Positions 28,676-38,418 of a stretch of 64,000 nucleotides of DNA are shown here, piece by piece. The stretch is taken from contig CAZWKL010000003.1 of the NCBI GenBank assembly GCA_964633875.1, positions 7,849 through 71,848 on the forward strand, written 5' to 3'. A program made the translations under genes and the position numbers. The stretch comes from an uncultured Pseudomonadales bacterium. GTDB lineage: Bacteria > Patescibacteriota > Microgenomatia > UBA1400 > PJMF01. The first letter of the stretch is position 1. Each line of letters opens with the position of its first letter. The notes beneath the pieces were generated by a model, which was not told the origin of the DNA, did no database searches, and saw only the letters and a program-made list of their open reading frames with translations.

Positions 28676-29305
28676 ATGTCTGACCCTGCAACACTAGGTA
28701 TACAGGCCATAAAAGAAGCGAAAAATCGATATCTCAAAGGCGAAGAGCCATATATCTCCATTAGTGTTCCAAGTCTCTATAGTCAAGGGTTCTACCCAGA
28801 GTTCGATCTTATCAAGGAATATGAAAAAGAAGTAGATATTACGATTGTCTTCCCTCACTATGCTGAGGCAGATGAGCGGGAGGTTTATAAATCACTTGCT
28901 CTTGAGCTTTCAAAAAAACACAAGATATTACTGCATGAAGCATCTATTGAAGCTGGTGGAGGTGCTGACACTGACACAGTCCAACAGGCTGTTTTTGTTT
29001 ATCAGCAATTTCAACCAGTTTTTGCGATTATTGGCGAACTAGCTGTTGGAATTGTTTCCGCATATATTTATGACATTCTAAAGAAGCTTTATATTAACCC
29101 AAACAACTCAGTTGTAAAAAATCAGTACACTATAGTCAGGTCTGCAAATGGTATTACATATCACTATGTGTTTGATAACTTAACTGCTGATGAAGCAATA
29201 ACAGCGGGAAAACTAATACCAAATCAAGAGCTGAAAAAAGTTGAATCCTATCACGATATTTATCTGCATTACGACTTGAAAAAAAATAGTTGGGTAGAAT
29301 TTTAG
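28676..29305 (+). CDS. Hypothetical protein with one hydrophobic segment
   Basis: Starts 2 nt after the hsdMS stop. Confidence 0.6.
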   Translation: MSDPATLGIQAIKEAKNRYLKGEEPYISISVPSLYSQGFYPEFDLIKEYEKEVDITIVFPHYAEADEREVYKSLALELSKKHKILLHEASIEAGGGADTDTVQQAVFVYQQFQPVFAIIGELAVGIVSAYIYDILKKLYINPNNSVVKNQYTIVRSANGITYHYVFDNLTADEAITAGKLIPNQELKKVESYHDIYLHYDLKKNSWVEF

Positions 29306-29489
29306 ACTGCTTTGATTTAGGTAAAGGTAGTTTTCGGAAAACAATTCCGATATCACTACAGAATTCCGTAAATATGGATTTTATTTTGTAATAGACAACG
29401 CAAGCCAATCTGGTAATGATTTATTTCAGGTCGTGATACTTTCCGGAAAAATCGAGCTAGGTTGTGCGGTAAAATACTACTAGATTGAT

Positions 29490-30350
29490 ATGAAAAAGAT
29501 ATTAGTAGAATCGGATTCTGTAAATGTTGCATTAGACATAATGCTATTGGTTGACCACCCAAAGTTTTTGGAACAGTTAGCAAAACTGCGGGATAAATGG
29601 AACATCAACCCTTATAAAAAAATTGAATCCTTGGGTGTGCCTGTTTCAAACTTGGCTGAGTTATATATTGACCAGCTTGTACTGGAGCACGATCCTCGTA
29701 TAACAGATCAGGATTCGGCAGACAAACTACTTCAAGAACTTCAAGAAGATATTTACTCTTTAAGAGCATTGATGGGCAGAACAAAGAACTATGACCCTTT
29801 GATTGAACAGGTATTATTTACTAACACAGCACCAGAATCAGTTTTTAAGAAATGCTATTTTGATGTAATTAAAACAGATGACGAGCATCCAGATCGTTTT
29901 GAGTATGTTATTGTACTTTCGCCAACGGCAAAGCCAGAAGATGTCCAAAAAGCCTTTAGTGATTTTCAAAATTACTATAACGAAAAATCAAAACTCGCCA
30001 ACTCTAATATCACTTTTGGCATAGATCCGTTCATCGATGACTATGTGAAGTCTCATGTTTTTGGACCATCCCATCATGACCTAGGTAAACCAATTAAAAC
30101 TCAAAAGAAGCTATTTAGAGCGAGAGAGCTTTACTGGAAAAGAAATGAGCATTTGCTCAATGACAGTCAAACACCCACACCTTACCCAGATGTGGTTGAC
30201 TGGTGGATGGGCAGATGTCCAAAAAACAACAATCATGACAATGGGGAAAAATGTGAGCACTGTGATCTTGATATAGATATTGCTCAAAAAGCAGTTACGA
30301 GCTATGAGAGACTGTTAATCCGAAGTTCCAACCCAGCATCAACTTCTTAG
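29490..30350 (+). CDS. Hypothetical protein (possible element regulator)
   Basis: 286-aa ORF upstream of the replication module. Confidence 0.6.
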   Translation: MKKILVESDSVNVALDIMLLVDHPKFLEQLAKLRDKWNINPYKKIESLGVPVSNLAELYIDQLVLEHDPRITDQDSADKLLQELQEDIYSLRALMGRTKNYDPLIEQVLFTNTAPESVFKKCYFDVIKTDDEHPDRFEYVIVLSPTAKPEDVQKAFSDFQNYYNEKSKLANSNITFGIDPFIDDYVKSHVFGPSHHDLGKPIKTQKKLFRARELYWKRNEHLLNDSQTPTPYPDVVDWWMGRCPKNNNHDNGEKCEHCDLDIDIAQKAVTSYERLLIRSSNPASTS

Positions 30351-30375
30351 ACCAATTTAGTTTTCCTTAATACAC

Positions 30376-30411
30376 TACGCTTACAGATTAAAACTGTAGG
30401 CGTATTTTTTT
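30376..30411 (+). terminator. Hairpin plus T-tract
   Basis: TACGCTTACAG-attaaaa-CTGTAGGCGTA-TTTTTTT. Confidence 0.6.
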
Positions 30412-30425
30412 ACGCGAATATAAAT

Positions 30426-30665
30426 ATGAAAACTATTTTTGATTTAAAACTAGCATCATTTCTCAAGCTTCACTCCCCCGAAGCGTTTCAAGGTATTGAG
30501 CGTGACAAATCTGGTCGTGTAGCATTTTTATTTTCTGAAAATCAAGAATTAAGTGCCATTATTTCTAGTTACATAAAGGGAGAACAGTTCACCTTCTCAC
30601 CCCAAGAATATGGTCAACAACTGGACACCTGCAAAGGACTGATTTTTCAACAGCATGAATTGTAA
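30426..30665 (+). CDS. DUF5659-like small protein
   Basis: DLKLASFL..GRVAFLF..P..Y pattern. Confidence 0.55.
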   Translation: MKTIFDLKLASFLKLHSPEAFQGIERDKSGRVAFLFSENQELSAIISSYIKGEQFTFSPQEYGQQLDTCKGLIFQQHEL

Positions 30666-30680
30666 TTAAAGACTACCAAT

Positions 30681-31358
30681 ATGAATATGAAAATTAACAC
30701 ACTATCAGACCTCGATTACCCAATTCCCTTTGAAGAACAGCTAAGACTGGAAAAAGAACATAAGGCTGAACTAGCAAAGCTAGAGGCTGAAACAGACTGG
30801 TTTGAAATCATCGGTGAAGATGAATTGATCCAAGTAATAAAAGAAAAACAAATTGAGTTTAAACAAGAAATTGTTGAATACAAAAAACTTTGGGAAAAAG
30901 ATCTAGTTCGTTTGGACAAACAAGGGCTAACTGGATTTGACCGCTATTTTTATGAAACTTTGTATGGCGCAATTTACACCCCAAAAATTGAGAGTGTAGC
31001 CAATAGAGCTAAACACCTTCTAAACCTTTATCGCAAGCACCTACAAAGGCGATTGCCAAATTATTTTGATGATGATACATCCCTAACTCCAACTCGAATC
31101 GAAATGGCTAAGAAAGTTAAAATTAGCCACCTCTTTGAACAGGATGGACACAAGCTAATAAAGTCAGGTAAAAACCACAAAACGCTGTGCCCCTTTCATT
31201 CAGAACGAACCCCATCTTGCACTATTTATCTGGAATCAAACTCATTTTACTGCTTTGGCTGTTCAGCCCGTGGAGATTCTATTTCGTACATACAAAAAAC
31301 TAAGAACTTAAAGTTTCCGGATGCGGTTGGACTACTTTCGGGAGGTCTGTATGAATAA
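30681..31358 (+). CDS. CHC2 zinc-finger (primase ZBD) protein
   Basis: CPFHSERTPSC..FYCFGC..GDSI at the C-terminus; no TOPRIM domain. Confidence 0.85.
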   Translation: MNMKINTLSDLDYPIPFEEQLRLEKEHKAELAKLEAETDWFEIIGEDELIQVIKEKQIEFKQEIVEYKKLWEKDLVRLDKQGLTGFDRYFYETLYGAIYTPKIESVANRAKHLLNLYRKHLQRRLPNYFDDDTSLTPTRIEMAKKVKISHLFEQDGHKLIKSGKNHKTLCPFHSERTPSCTIYLESNSFYCFGCSARGDSISYIQKTKNLKFPDAVGLLSGGLYE

Positions 31359-32484
31359 CCACGATGTCTTTGAACAAGCTGATTCCACCCTCAATGAATT
31401 GGGTCAGATTAAGAATACCGATGCATTGCAAGCCAATCCTAGTGTTAACAATGCAAGGCATAAGAAAACAACCTTAGAGGAAAGGTTTACATGGCTTGCA
31501 GATATTGATGATAAAGAGTCTGAGGTCAACTGGATATGGAAAGGGTTTTTGGCACCTGGACTCGTAACTCTTCTGTCAGGTAATCCTAAGGAGGGGAAAA
31601 CGACCTTTTTGGTTCATCTCTGTATGTCATTGGAAAACGGAGAAGCATTTTTGGAACAACCTATTAAACCAGTAAAGACGCTTATTATCTCTGAGGAAGG
31701 CAAAAACGGCTGGTATAGAAAAAAACTAGAAACGAAACTAAGTGGCTCAATAGTTGGCATAATTCCAAGGTACTTATATGACAAGAATCACTCTGAAAAT
31801 TGGGTTGAGGCAATTCATGAAGTTAAAGAGCTATGTCTAGGCAAGGATATTAAGTTAGTTGTTTTTGACACACTTAGCTACTTTTGGACTGTTAATGACG
31901 AAAACCAAGCATCTGCTGTACAAGCCTCACTTAAACCCCTCCACATTCTTTCAGATGCAGGGATAGCGGTTTTATTGATACATCACGATAGAAAATCTGG
32001 AGGTGGAAACATAGTTGGCACCAGAGGCTCATCTGCCCTCACTGGCTTTATAGATATAAAGATGGGTTTGAGGAAAGCATCTGGATCCCAGAGAGTACTA
32101 GAAAGTGATGGTCGATATGAAGAGACTCCAAGCAAAATAATAGTGGAGTTGGTAGAAGAAGATGGAGAAAAAAAGTTTGTAGTAATTGATAAAGATCAAG
32201 TTGGCGGAGGAACTCATCCAGAAGGTATAGAAAAAATATCCTCATATATTCCAGTTGTGCCCGAAGGAATCACTATTGGTGGAATAACAAAGAAATGGAT
32301 TGCAGATAAAAAAAGCAAACCACCACATCAGGCAACACTATCAAGGTGGCTGAACTCAGGTCTAGAGGATGGTTTAGTAGAAATTGTTGGCAAACTAGAT
32401 GTTAAGGGAAAACCTGACCTTTGGGGACGAACATCCGATACTAATGAAGAAACTGAGGAAGACGACTTCGAACCAACATCATGA
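31351..32484 (+). CDS. AAA_25 / RepA-like helicase
   Basis: GNPKEGKTT, VVFDTL, IHHDRK, RGSSAL. Confidence 0.85.
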   Translation: MNNHDVFEQADSTLNELGQIKNTDALQANPSVNNARHKKTTLEERFTWLADIDDKESEVNWIWKGFLAPGLVTLLSGNPKEGKTTFLVHLCMSLENGEAFLEQPIKPVKTLIISEEGKNGWYRKKLETKLSGSIVGIIPRYLYDKNHSENWVEAIHEVKELCLGKDIKLVVFDTLSYFWTVNDENQASAVQASLKPLHILSDAGIAVLLIHHDRKSGGGNIVGTRGSSALTGFIDIKMGLRKASGSQRVLESDGRYEETPSKIIVELVEEDGEKKFVVIDKDQVGGGTHPEGIEKISSYIPVVPEGITIGGITKKWIADKKSKPPHQATLSRWLNSGLEDGLVEIVGKLDVKGKPDLWGRTSDTNEETEEDDFEPTS

Positions 32485-32630
32485 ATAAATCAACTGATAG
32501 CCCACTAGCAGAAGGACTAAGACAATGGGTAGAACTTTGCCTCTTACAAATTGAAGAAAAGAAGCGAAAAGCTGAACAAAAAGAGCAAGTTGTTAGTGAA
32601 GAAATGGAGGCAGTTGAAGTTGAGACCTGA
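32481..32630 (+). CDS. 49-aa protein coupled to the helicase gene
   Basis: ATGA overlap; MNKSTDSPLAEGLRQWVELCLLQIEEKKRKAEQKEQVVSEEMEAVEVET; below the ORF-track cutoff. Confidence 0.5.
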   Translation: MNKSTDSPLAEGLRQWVELCLLQIEEKKRKAEQKEQVVSEEMEAVEVET

Positions 32631-32775
32631 GGGACCTGAAATTATAATAAAAGTAAATAAAAAGGATGGATGCATCCGACTAAAGAAACATCCATCCGAT
32701 TAGAAATAAAGTAACGATTATCGCCACTTCAAAACTATTTTAGCACGAAGTTGGCGGTAATAAGAAAGGAGCAGA

Positions 32776-33264
32776 ATGAAAACTGCACTTATAGCCGCCA
32801 CCAAACGGCAACTACAATACGATCCCTGTACGAAAGTACGGGATCACTTCTCGCCATCACTATTGTTTCGATACTCCCTAGCGTATTGTGAGAAAAATTA
32901 CGATCAAGTTTTTGTGCTCTGTGTTGGTGTAGGAGGATTGCTCCACCCAGACACGCTGATTGAAGGCATTGATACGCAAATTCAAGGTCATGAAGTGACA
33001 TATAAGTACAAAAAAGACTGGCTCAGGAGTGTCGCCAACGATCTCAAAGAACACTGTCCACAAGAGTCAGAGATTCATTTTCATACGCCCAAGTGGTACT
33101 TCCAACTCATTAAGTGGCTACATCTGCCCAACCCCATTACATTCGAGCCATCAATCTACACGATCGTTGAACCACTGAAATCAATGCCAATAGGAAAACG
33201 ATTGCACTTTTATAAACAAGACTTGGGTTCAGTTCCTGCAATTAAAAAAGAGGTGTCATCATGA
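32776..33264 (+). CDS. DUF6884-like protein
   Basis: ALIAATKRQ..SLLFR..VFVL..GLLHPDTLIE..PL..M.IG.RL.F pattern; AAGGAG SD. Confidence 0.55.
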   Translation: MKTALIAATKRQLQYDPCTKVRDHFSPSLLFRYSLAYCEKNYDQVFVLCVGVGGLLHPDTLIEGIDTQIQGHEVTYKYKKDWLRSVANDLKEHCPQESEIHFHTPKWYFQLIKWLHLPNPITFEPSIYTIVEPLKSMPIGKRLHFYKQDLGSVPAIKKEVSS

Positions 33265-34733
33265 GTGATTGCTATATTTATGTTAGGGTTAGTTCGGATG
33301 AACAAGTTAAGGGCTTCTCTATAGATAATCAAGAACGAACTTGTTTGGAGTATGCTAAATCTCAGAAATATGAAGTAAAAGAGGTGTTTACCGAAAAAGG
33401 TAAAAGTGCTCGCACCTCGAACCGTCCAGAGCTTCAAAGGTTGTTTAAAGCAATTGAGGAAGATAAACCGACAGCCGTAATCTGCATGAAAATTGATCGC
33501 ATGTTTCGCAATATCTCCGACTTTAGTAAGACCCGTAAGCATTTAAAGAAAAAAGGCGTCAAGATTCTTTCCATCAACGAAGGCGGCGATGTCACATCGG
33601 GTTTGATTGGCAATATCTTCGCTTCTGTAGCCGAATGGGAATCAGAAGTTAACTCAGATCGCACCAAAGCTGGGATGCAACAAAAATTCAGGTCTGGTAT
33701 TTATCCCGGTCTTGCTCCGCTAGGATATCGAAATGTTGAACGAAACGAAAAAAAGTTCATTGAACCCGACCCCATAACGGCACCAATCATCAAGAGAATG
33801 TTTGAGCTGTATGCCACTGGTCAGTATTCTCAGCTGGAGCTGTGCGAAATTATGTACGAAAAAGGATTAAGGGGTCGTCGGAATCACAAGCACTTTAGTC
33901 CTCAGACACTCACGGGAATTTTTAACAACCCAATTTATTACGGCTTAATGCGTTGGGGAGGTATGGAAGATTTTGGGAAGCACGAACCAATAATCAGTGA
34001 GAGTCTGTTCAACCAAGTCCAACATGTCCTTACTTGCAACAACTCCTTTCTTATTAGAAAACGAAAAACAAGTTTTGTTCTACGAGGTTTTGTATTTTGC
34101 CCCGTGCATGAGAGGCGTCTTGTAGCAGAATCTTCTGACCTGAAATCGGGTAAAACCTTCTCTTATTACCATTGTTCTAAGCCGGGTGGGTGTAAGCCTT
34201 CATATTTCCGTACAGAAAAGTTAGAGCGAAAAGTAGCCAACCTATTAAAACAGTACGAGTTTTCTGAGGAATTTATAGAACTTGTTCGCCAACACGCTAA
34301 AAGTCACTTGGACAATCTTAGAAAAGGAAAACGGGCATTAAAGCGGTCACTCCTGAACCAAAAGCGTGGTATTGAGCAGAAACGCAATAATATCGAGGAC
34401 TTAGTGGTAGAAGGCACTATTGATCGTGAGGTCTACAAGCGACAGCACATCCAACTTAAAGAAGAACTGTTAGAGATAGAAAAAAAGCTCCACGAATTAG
34501 AGAATCAGCAAACTATAGACTTTAGCGTAATTGAAGAAGTGTTAGCTATGACTCGTAACCTGCACCAATCTTATCTGGATGCACCAGACTTTTTGAAACG
34601 ACATTATCTCAGATTGTTCTTCGACAGGTTATATATTCAGGATAAGAAAATCGTAAAAATCATTGATACACCAATTTTCAGGGTATTAAAACAGGAGCAA
34701 AAAATCCTTTTAAGAGAGTCATGGGGTGTCTGA
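33261..34733 (+). CDS. Large serine recombinase (LSR-2)
   Basis: YVRVSSDEQ, DRMFRN, APLGY, HEPII, Zn ribbon, coiled coil; stop codon lies inside antisense tRNA-His. Confidence 0.95.
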   Translation: MSDCYIYVRVSSDEQVKGFSIDNQERTCLEYAKSQKYEVKEVFTEKGKSARTSNRPELQRLFKAIEEDKPTAVICMKIDRMFRNISDFSKTRKHLKKKGVKILSINEGGDVTSGLIGNIFASVAEWESEVNSDRTKAGMQQKFRSGIYPGLAPLGYRNVERNEKKFIEPDPITAPIIKRMFELYATGQYSQLELCEIMYEKGLRGRRNHKHFSPQTLTGIFNNPIYYGLMRWGGMEDFGKHEPIISESLFNQVQHVLTCNNSFLIRKRKTSFVLRGFVFCPVHERRLVAESSDLKSGKTFSYYHCSKPGGCKPSYFRTEKLERKVANLLKQYEFSEEFIELVRQHAKSHLDNLRKGKRALKRSLLNQKRGIEQKRNNIEDLVVEGTIDREVYKRQHIQLKEELLEIEKKLHELENQQTIDFSVIEEVLAMTRNLHQSYLDAPDFLKRHYLRLFFDRLYIQDKKIVKIIDTPIFRVLKQEQKILLRESWGV

Positions 34734-34799
34734 CGAGATTTGAACTCGCGACCTCCTCCTCCACAGGGAGGCGCTCTAACCAACTGAGCTACAGACACC
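34722..34799 (-). tRNA. tRNA-His(GTG)
   Basis: G-1 encoded; GTGTCTG..CTGTGGA..GTTCAAATC..CAGACACCCCA. Confidence 0.95.
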
Positions 34800-34834
34800 A
34801 AAAGGTAATGCCCGACATTATAACTCAGTAGCTG

Positions 34835-35299
34835 CTATTTTGTCACGCTGCTAAGGAGAAGCGGCAGTAATTCCTGGTCCTCCAACGGGAAGAGAACCAT
34901 CGGAATAATCATCTGAAAAGTGGTTTGCTGCAGATGTGAGGCAATGGCGGAAATGTTAATGCAGTCGGAAAGCGGCGCCGAGTCATCCAGGCCGGGAATA
35001 TTAATATCAAGAATATCTTCAGTATTGATAATGGTGGCCGAAAAATACTTCATGAAGGAAATTTTTTCCGGAGTGATTTCCAGCCAACCGCGATTGAACA
35101 CGTTCCACCAGACTATCTTGAAAATTGAAAAACCGATATAGAATCCGGCAAAAGAAAGAATGAAAAACAAATACTGTGGGATGACAACAGCTGAAAGCCA
35201 AAGATAAATACTCAAACCAATTAAATTAAAAAAAGCAAAAAAGGTAAGCAGGAGGGTTGATTTTGGTACCTGCAAATAATAACGGGTCTTTAATTCCAT
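34835..35299 (-). CDS. Membrane protein (two TM helices plus PH-like domain)
   Basis: Two hydrophobic segments then LEITPEKI. Confidence 0.55.
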   Translation of the reverse strand: MELKTRYYLQVPKSTLLLTFFAFFNLIGLSIYLWLSAVVIPQYLFFILSFAGFYIGFSIFKIVWWNVFNRGWLEITPEKISFMKYFSATIINTEDILDINIPGLDDSAPLSDCINISAIASHLQQTTFQMIIPMVLFPLEDQELLPLLLSSVTK

Positions 35300-35381
35300 A
35301 GCCGAACCATCTTAGCAAAAACGAGAGATCTAGCAACGGCTAATTTTCCGCTTATATCAATTAGTTGAATGGCCTTTGTTT

Positions 35382-35729
35382 TTATTTATAAACCATATTT
35401 ATAGTCCTTTGTTGCCGATTACTTGATGTTTCTTGATCTAGGTCCTCAAGTTTCTCAAAACTATAGTAATCACTTTTTTCTTCTATACTGTCGTAGATGA
35501 AATACAATCCTTTTTGATCAAAAATTCTGAAAAACTCTCCCCACTCCAAAAATTGCAAAGTGGATGATTCGGAGATTGAGTCGGAAAAGACAAACACTAA
35601 CTCCCGTCCCAACTTCCCCTCTGCCCCATGAGTCAAAACATACGACAAGGCGGGCCTGACTCCTCTTTCAGTCGCCCAGTGCTTGATTTCCGTGTGCAAG
35701 ATCGTTCTTCTTCTGTTCATGAGTCCCAA
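35382..35729 (-). CDS. Hypothetical protein
   Basis: HTEIKHWATERG.RPA and WGEFFRIFD motifs recall an uncharacterised family. Confidence 0.6.
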   Translation of the reverse strand: MGLMNRRRTILHTEIKHWATERGVRPALSYVLTHGAEGKLGRELVFVFSDSISESSTLQFLEWGEFFRIFDQKGLYFIYDSIEEKSDYYSFEKLEDLDQETSSNRQQRTINMVYK

Positions 35730-35823
35730 CTATAAGCGAGGATAATTAACTCAACTGCAGAAGCTTGTAAGAGAAAAATAATAGATGGAAGAATGGTGGA
35801 GGGATGGCGGAACAGTTTCTGAG

Positions 35824-35896
35824 TGCGCCAAGCAGGATTCGAACCTGCGGCCTACTGCTTAGAAGGCAGTTGCTCTATCCACTGAGCTATTGGCGC
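35824..35896 (-). tRNA. tRNA-Arg(TCT)
   Basis: GCGCCAA..CTTCTAA..GGTTCGAATCC..TTGGCGCA. Confidence 0.95.
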
Positions 35897-35958
35897 ACTA
35901 GCAAATACAGGTGCAATTATAACCCATGCGGGAAAAAAAGTTGAGTGAAGGCAAGAAA

Positions 35959-36234
35959 CTAAACCGCTTTTTTAACAGTCTTTTGAGCCTGCGCCACCTT
36001 TTTCTCAGCCGATTTCTTGGCTGTTTTAACGGTTTTGACCGCTGTTCGCTTGGCTTTTCGAGCAGTACTAACAGCTTTTCTTTTAGCTTTCTGAGTATTT
36101 TTCTTGGCAGCGTCTACAGCTTCTTCGGCCGCTTCTTTAGTCTTTTGGCGATTTTCTTCTTTGGAAAGAAATAACGCTGTCGCGCCTGCTGCCATACCTG
36201 CCAAAAAGGTAAAAAGTCCTTTTTTGTTGCTCAT
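35959..36234 (-). CDS. YtxH-like protein with Lys/Ala-rich tail
   Basis: FLAGMAAGATALFLS then TAKK-type repeats. Confidence 0.65.
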   Translation of the reverse strand: MSNKKGLFTFLAGMAAGATALFLSKEENRQKTKEAAEEAVDAAKKNTQKAKRKAVSTARKAKRTAVKTVKTAKKSAEKKVAQAQKTVKKAV

Positions 36235-36270
36235 TTGGTTTGATCCTTAATAATTATTACCATATTCTGC

Positions 36271-37698
36271 TTACTCGATTTCAAGCAGAGAGAGAGTGTT
36301 AGTTAGGCCCGGCTTCTTCCAAAAAGTACCGTGTACCAACAAAACTACATCTCCTGTTTCTACTATACCAAGTTCTCGCATTTTTTGCATCAACTCCCCC
36401 GAACTTTCCAGTCTGCCATCGGGTAACTTGACCACATACGGCGTAACGCCATAAACCAAACTGAGTTTTTGGTAGGTTTTTTGACTGCTAGTCAGCACAT
36501 GTATTGGCAAATGCGGACGGAATCTGGAAAGCATGCGGGCAGTGGTGCCGGTTTCAGTCAGGCAAATAATTTTATTGATTTCCAGCTTATTGTCAGGATG
36601 AGTGGAGTTTTCGATCAAAGAAATAGCAGCATGCGTAATGTAAGCGCCAGCATCAACATCTGCTACATCCAAAGGGACTGGTTCGGAAAACTGTTCATTA
36701 AACGCGGCAATAGTAGCCTGGGTTTGGACCGCTTCCACTGGATAATTGCCAATGGTGGTTTCTTCGGAAAGCATGACTGCATCGGTGCCGTCGTAAATGG
36801 CGTTGGAAACGTCGGATACTTCTGCTCTGGTGGGCCGAGGTGCGTCCACCATTGATTTGAGCATTTGCGTGGCAGTAATCACCGGCTTGCCCTTTTCTCG
36901 GGACATGCGGATGATAATTTTTTGCCAGTAAGAAAGCTCCTGGAAAGGGACTTCTACAGCCAGGTCTCCCCTAGCTACCATAATGGCTTCAGCAGCATCA
37001 AGAATTTCGTCTAAGTGATCCACGGCCGATTGATTTTCGATCTTAGCGACAATGGCAGAATTAAGCCCAAGCTCATTCAGTTTCCCCCTGAGAATTTTAA
37101 TATCTTGAGCATCGCGCACAAATGACAGGCCCACATAATCAATTTCCAGTTTGCTCTCAGCTGCTTTTTCCAGATGGACAATGTCATTTTCTATCAGTGA
37201 AGGCAGATTGACCACTACACTTGGTATGTTGAGGGTTTTTCGGTTGGAAATAGGAAAAGAGTTCAGCGCGCTGGCATAAAGTTGGCTGCTGTCTTTGTGA
37301 GTAACTATAAACTCACCCAGACCGTCGTCTATCAAAATTTTGTTACCTTCATTTAGTGAGTCGACTACAATTTGGGGAATAATAGGAGCAAGAGGGTCAT
37401 CAGAATTCTCATTTGAAGTAAAAACGACTTCTTGACCAACTTTGACTTTAAAGGTTTCTCCACCAGGAATAGCAATTCGGATTTCCGGTCCTTGCAGATC
37501 AAGCAACAAGCCGACCGAGACTCCTAATTTTTCCGCCACATTTCTGACGCGCTGCATTCTGGTGGCGTGCCATTTGGGCGTGCCGTGTTTGGTATTAAAC
37601 CTGGCCACGTTCATTCCAGCTCTAATGAGATTTTCAATAATTTCTTCAGTTTCTGTTGCTGGACCAATGGTGGCAACAATTTTGGTAAGTTTTTGCAT
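36271..37698 (-). CDS. pyk: Pyruvate kinase
   Basis: TKIVATIGPA, DLQGPEIR, MVARGDL, ATQMLKSM, PTRAEVSD. Confidence 0.95.
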   Translation of the reverse strand: MQKLTKIVATIGPATETEEIIENLIRAGMNVARFNTKHGTPKWHATRMQRVRNVAEKLGVSVGLLLDLQGPEIRIAIPGGETFKVKVGQEVVFTSNENSDDPLAPIIPQIVVDSLNEGNKILIDDGLGEFIVTHKDSSQLYASALNSFPISNRKTLNIPSVVVNLPSLIENDIVHLEKAAESKLEIDYVGLSFVRDAQDIKILRGKLNELGLNSAIVAKIENQSAVDHLDEILDAAEAIMVARGDLAVEVPFQELSYWQKIIIRMSREKGKPVITATQMLKSMVDAPRPTRAEVSDVSNAIYDGTDAVMLSEETTIGNYPVEAVQTQATIAAFNEQFSEPVPLDVADVDAGAYITHAAISLIENSTHPDNKLEINKIICLTETGTTARMLSRFRPHLPIHVLTSSQKTYQKLSLVYGVTPYVVKLPDGRLESSGELMQKMRELGIVETGDVVLLVHGTFWKKPGLTNTLSLLEIE

Positions 37699-37858
37699 AG
37701 CTCCCGTATTATCTCCTCTGGAGTAATTTACTTCAAGACTAATTTGTTTCAAAGCTAAATCAGCGATTTTGAAGGTTTGCTTCTTGAGAAGAATTCATAA
37801 TTGCGCTACATTGAAAATCTATATACTTGACTAGAATATTATTTATCAGAAAGGAATT

Positions 37859-38350
37859 ATGTTAGATGATCCTCAATTGGATTCAGGCGAAGATTTGGCG
37901 GCGAAAGCTTTGGAAGAGGCAGACGATAAAATGTTAACAGCGGAAGTCGAGGCGTCTGATGACTTGGCTGATACTCTGCAGTATTTGCAAAACATCATTG
38001 AGCGCAACGCCCTGGAGCTAAGCCGGCTTAAAGAGGAGATGAAGCAAAAGCGGGAAAGTCTGAAAACGGTTTTTGAAAATGACGCTCAGTTAGTAGAAGT
38101 AGCAGAAAAAGCTAAGGAAGTAGGGAGAGAAGTTAGTCAGAGGAAAACGGCCATCAATAGTAGTCCCCAAGCTACCCAATTGAGGGCTGGTATTGGTGAG
38201 CTGAGGGAACAGCAGGCGGAAATCGAGGAAACTCTCAGTAACCACTTGCTAAATTACTACACTTTGACAAATTCAACCAGTTTTGACACCAGTGATGGCG
38301 ATCAGTGGGAGTTCAATATTAAAGCTAAAGTCAAAGCGAGAAAAAAATAG
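37859..38350 (+). CDS. Coiled-coil hypothetical protein
   Basis: 163-aa ORF with heptad pattern. Confidence 0.7.
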   Translation: MLDDPQLDSGEDLAAKALEEADDKMLTAEVEASDDLADTLQYLQNIIERNALELSRLKEEMKQKRESLKTVFENDAQLVEVAEKAKEVGREVSQRKTAINSSPQATQLRAGIGELREQQAEIEETLSNHLLNYYTLTNSTSFDTSDGDQWEFNIKAKVKARKK

Positions 38351-38371
38351 TTTTTTGAAAAACTGCGCCGC

Positions 38372-38401
38372 AAAAAAAGACCCCTTTTCCGGGGTCTTTT
38401 T
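38372..38401. terminator. Bidirectional terminator
   Basis: A7-GACCCC-ttttcc-GGGGTC-T5 between convergent genes. Confidence 0.8.
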
Positions 38402-38418
38402 AATAGTCTAACTTCGTA

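Larger units (their letters stand above)
20372..34727. mobile_element. LSR integrative element (satellite/PICI-like layout) at tRNA-His, ~14.4 kb, with defence cargo
   Basis: LSR runs into the tRNA-His 3' end; primase Zn-finger and AAA helicase; R-M and OLD cargo; AT-richer than flanks; left end inferred from GGGT core at 20372-20375 and the in-frame integrase tail. Confidence 0.75.
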
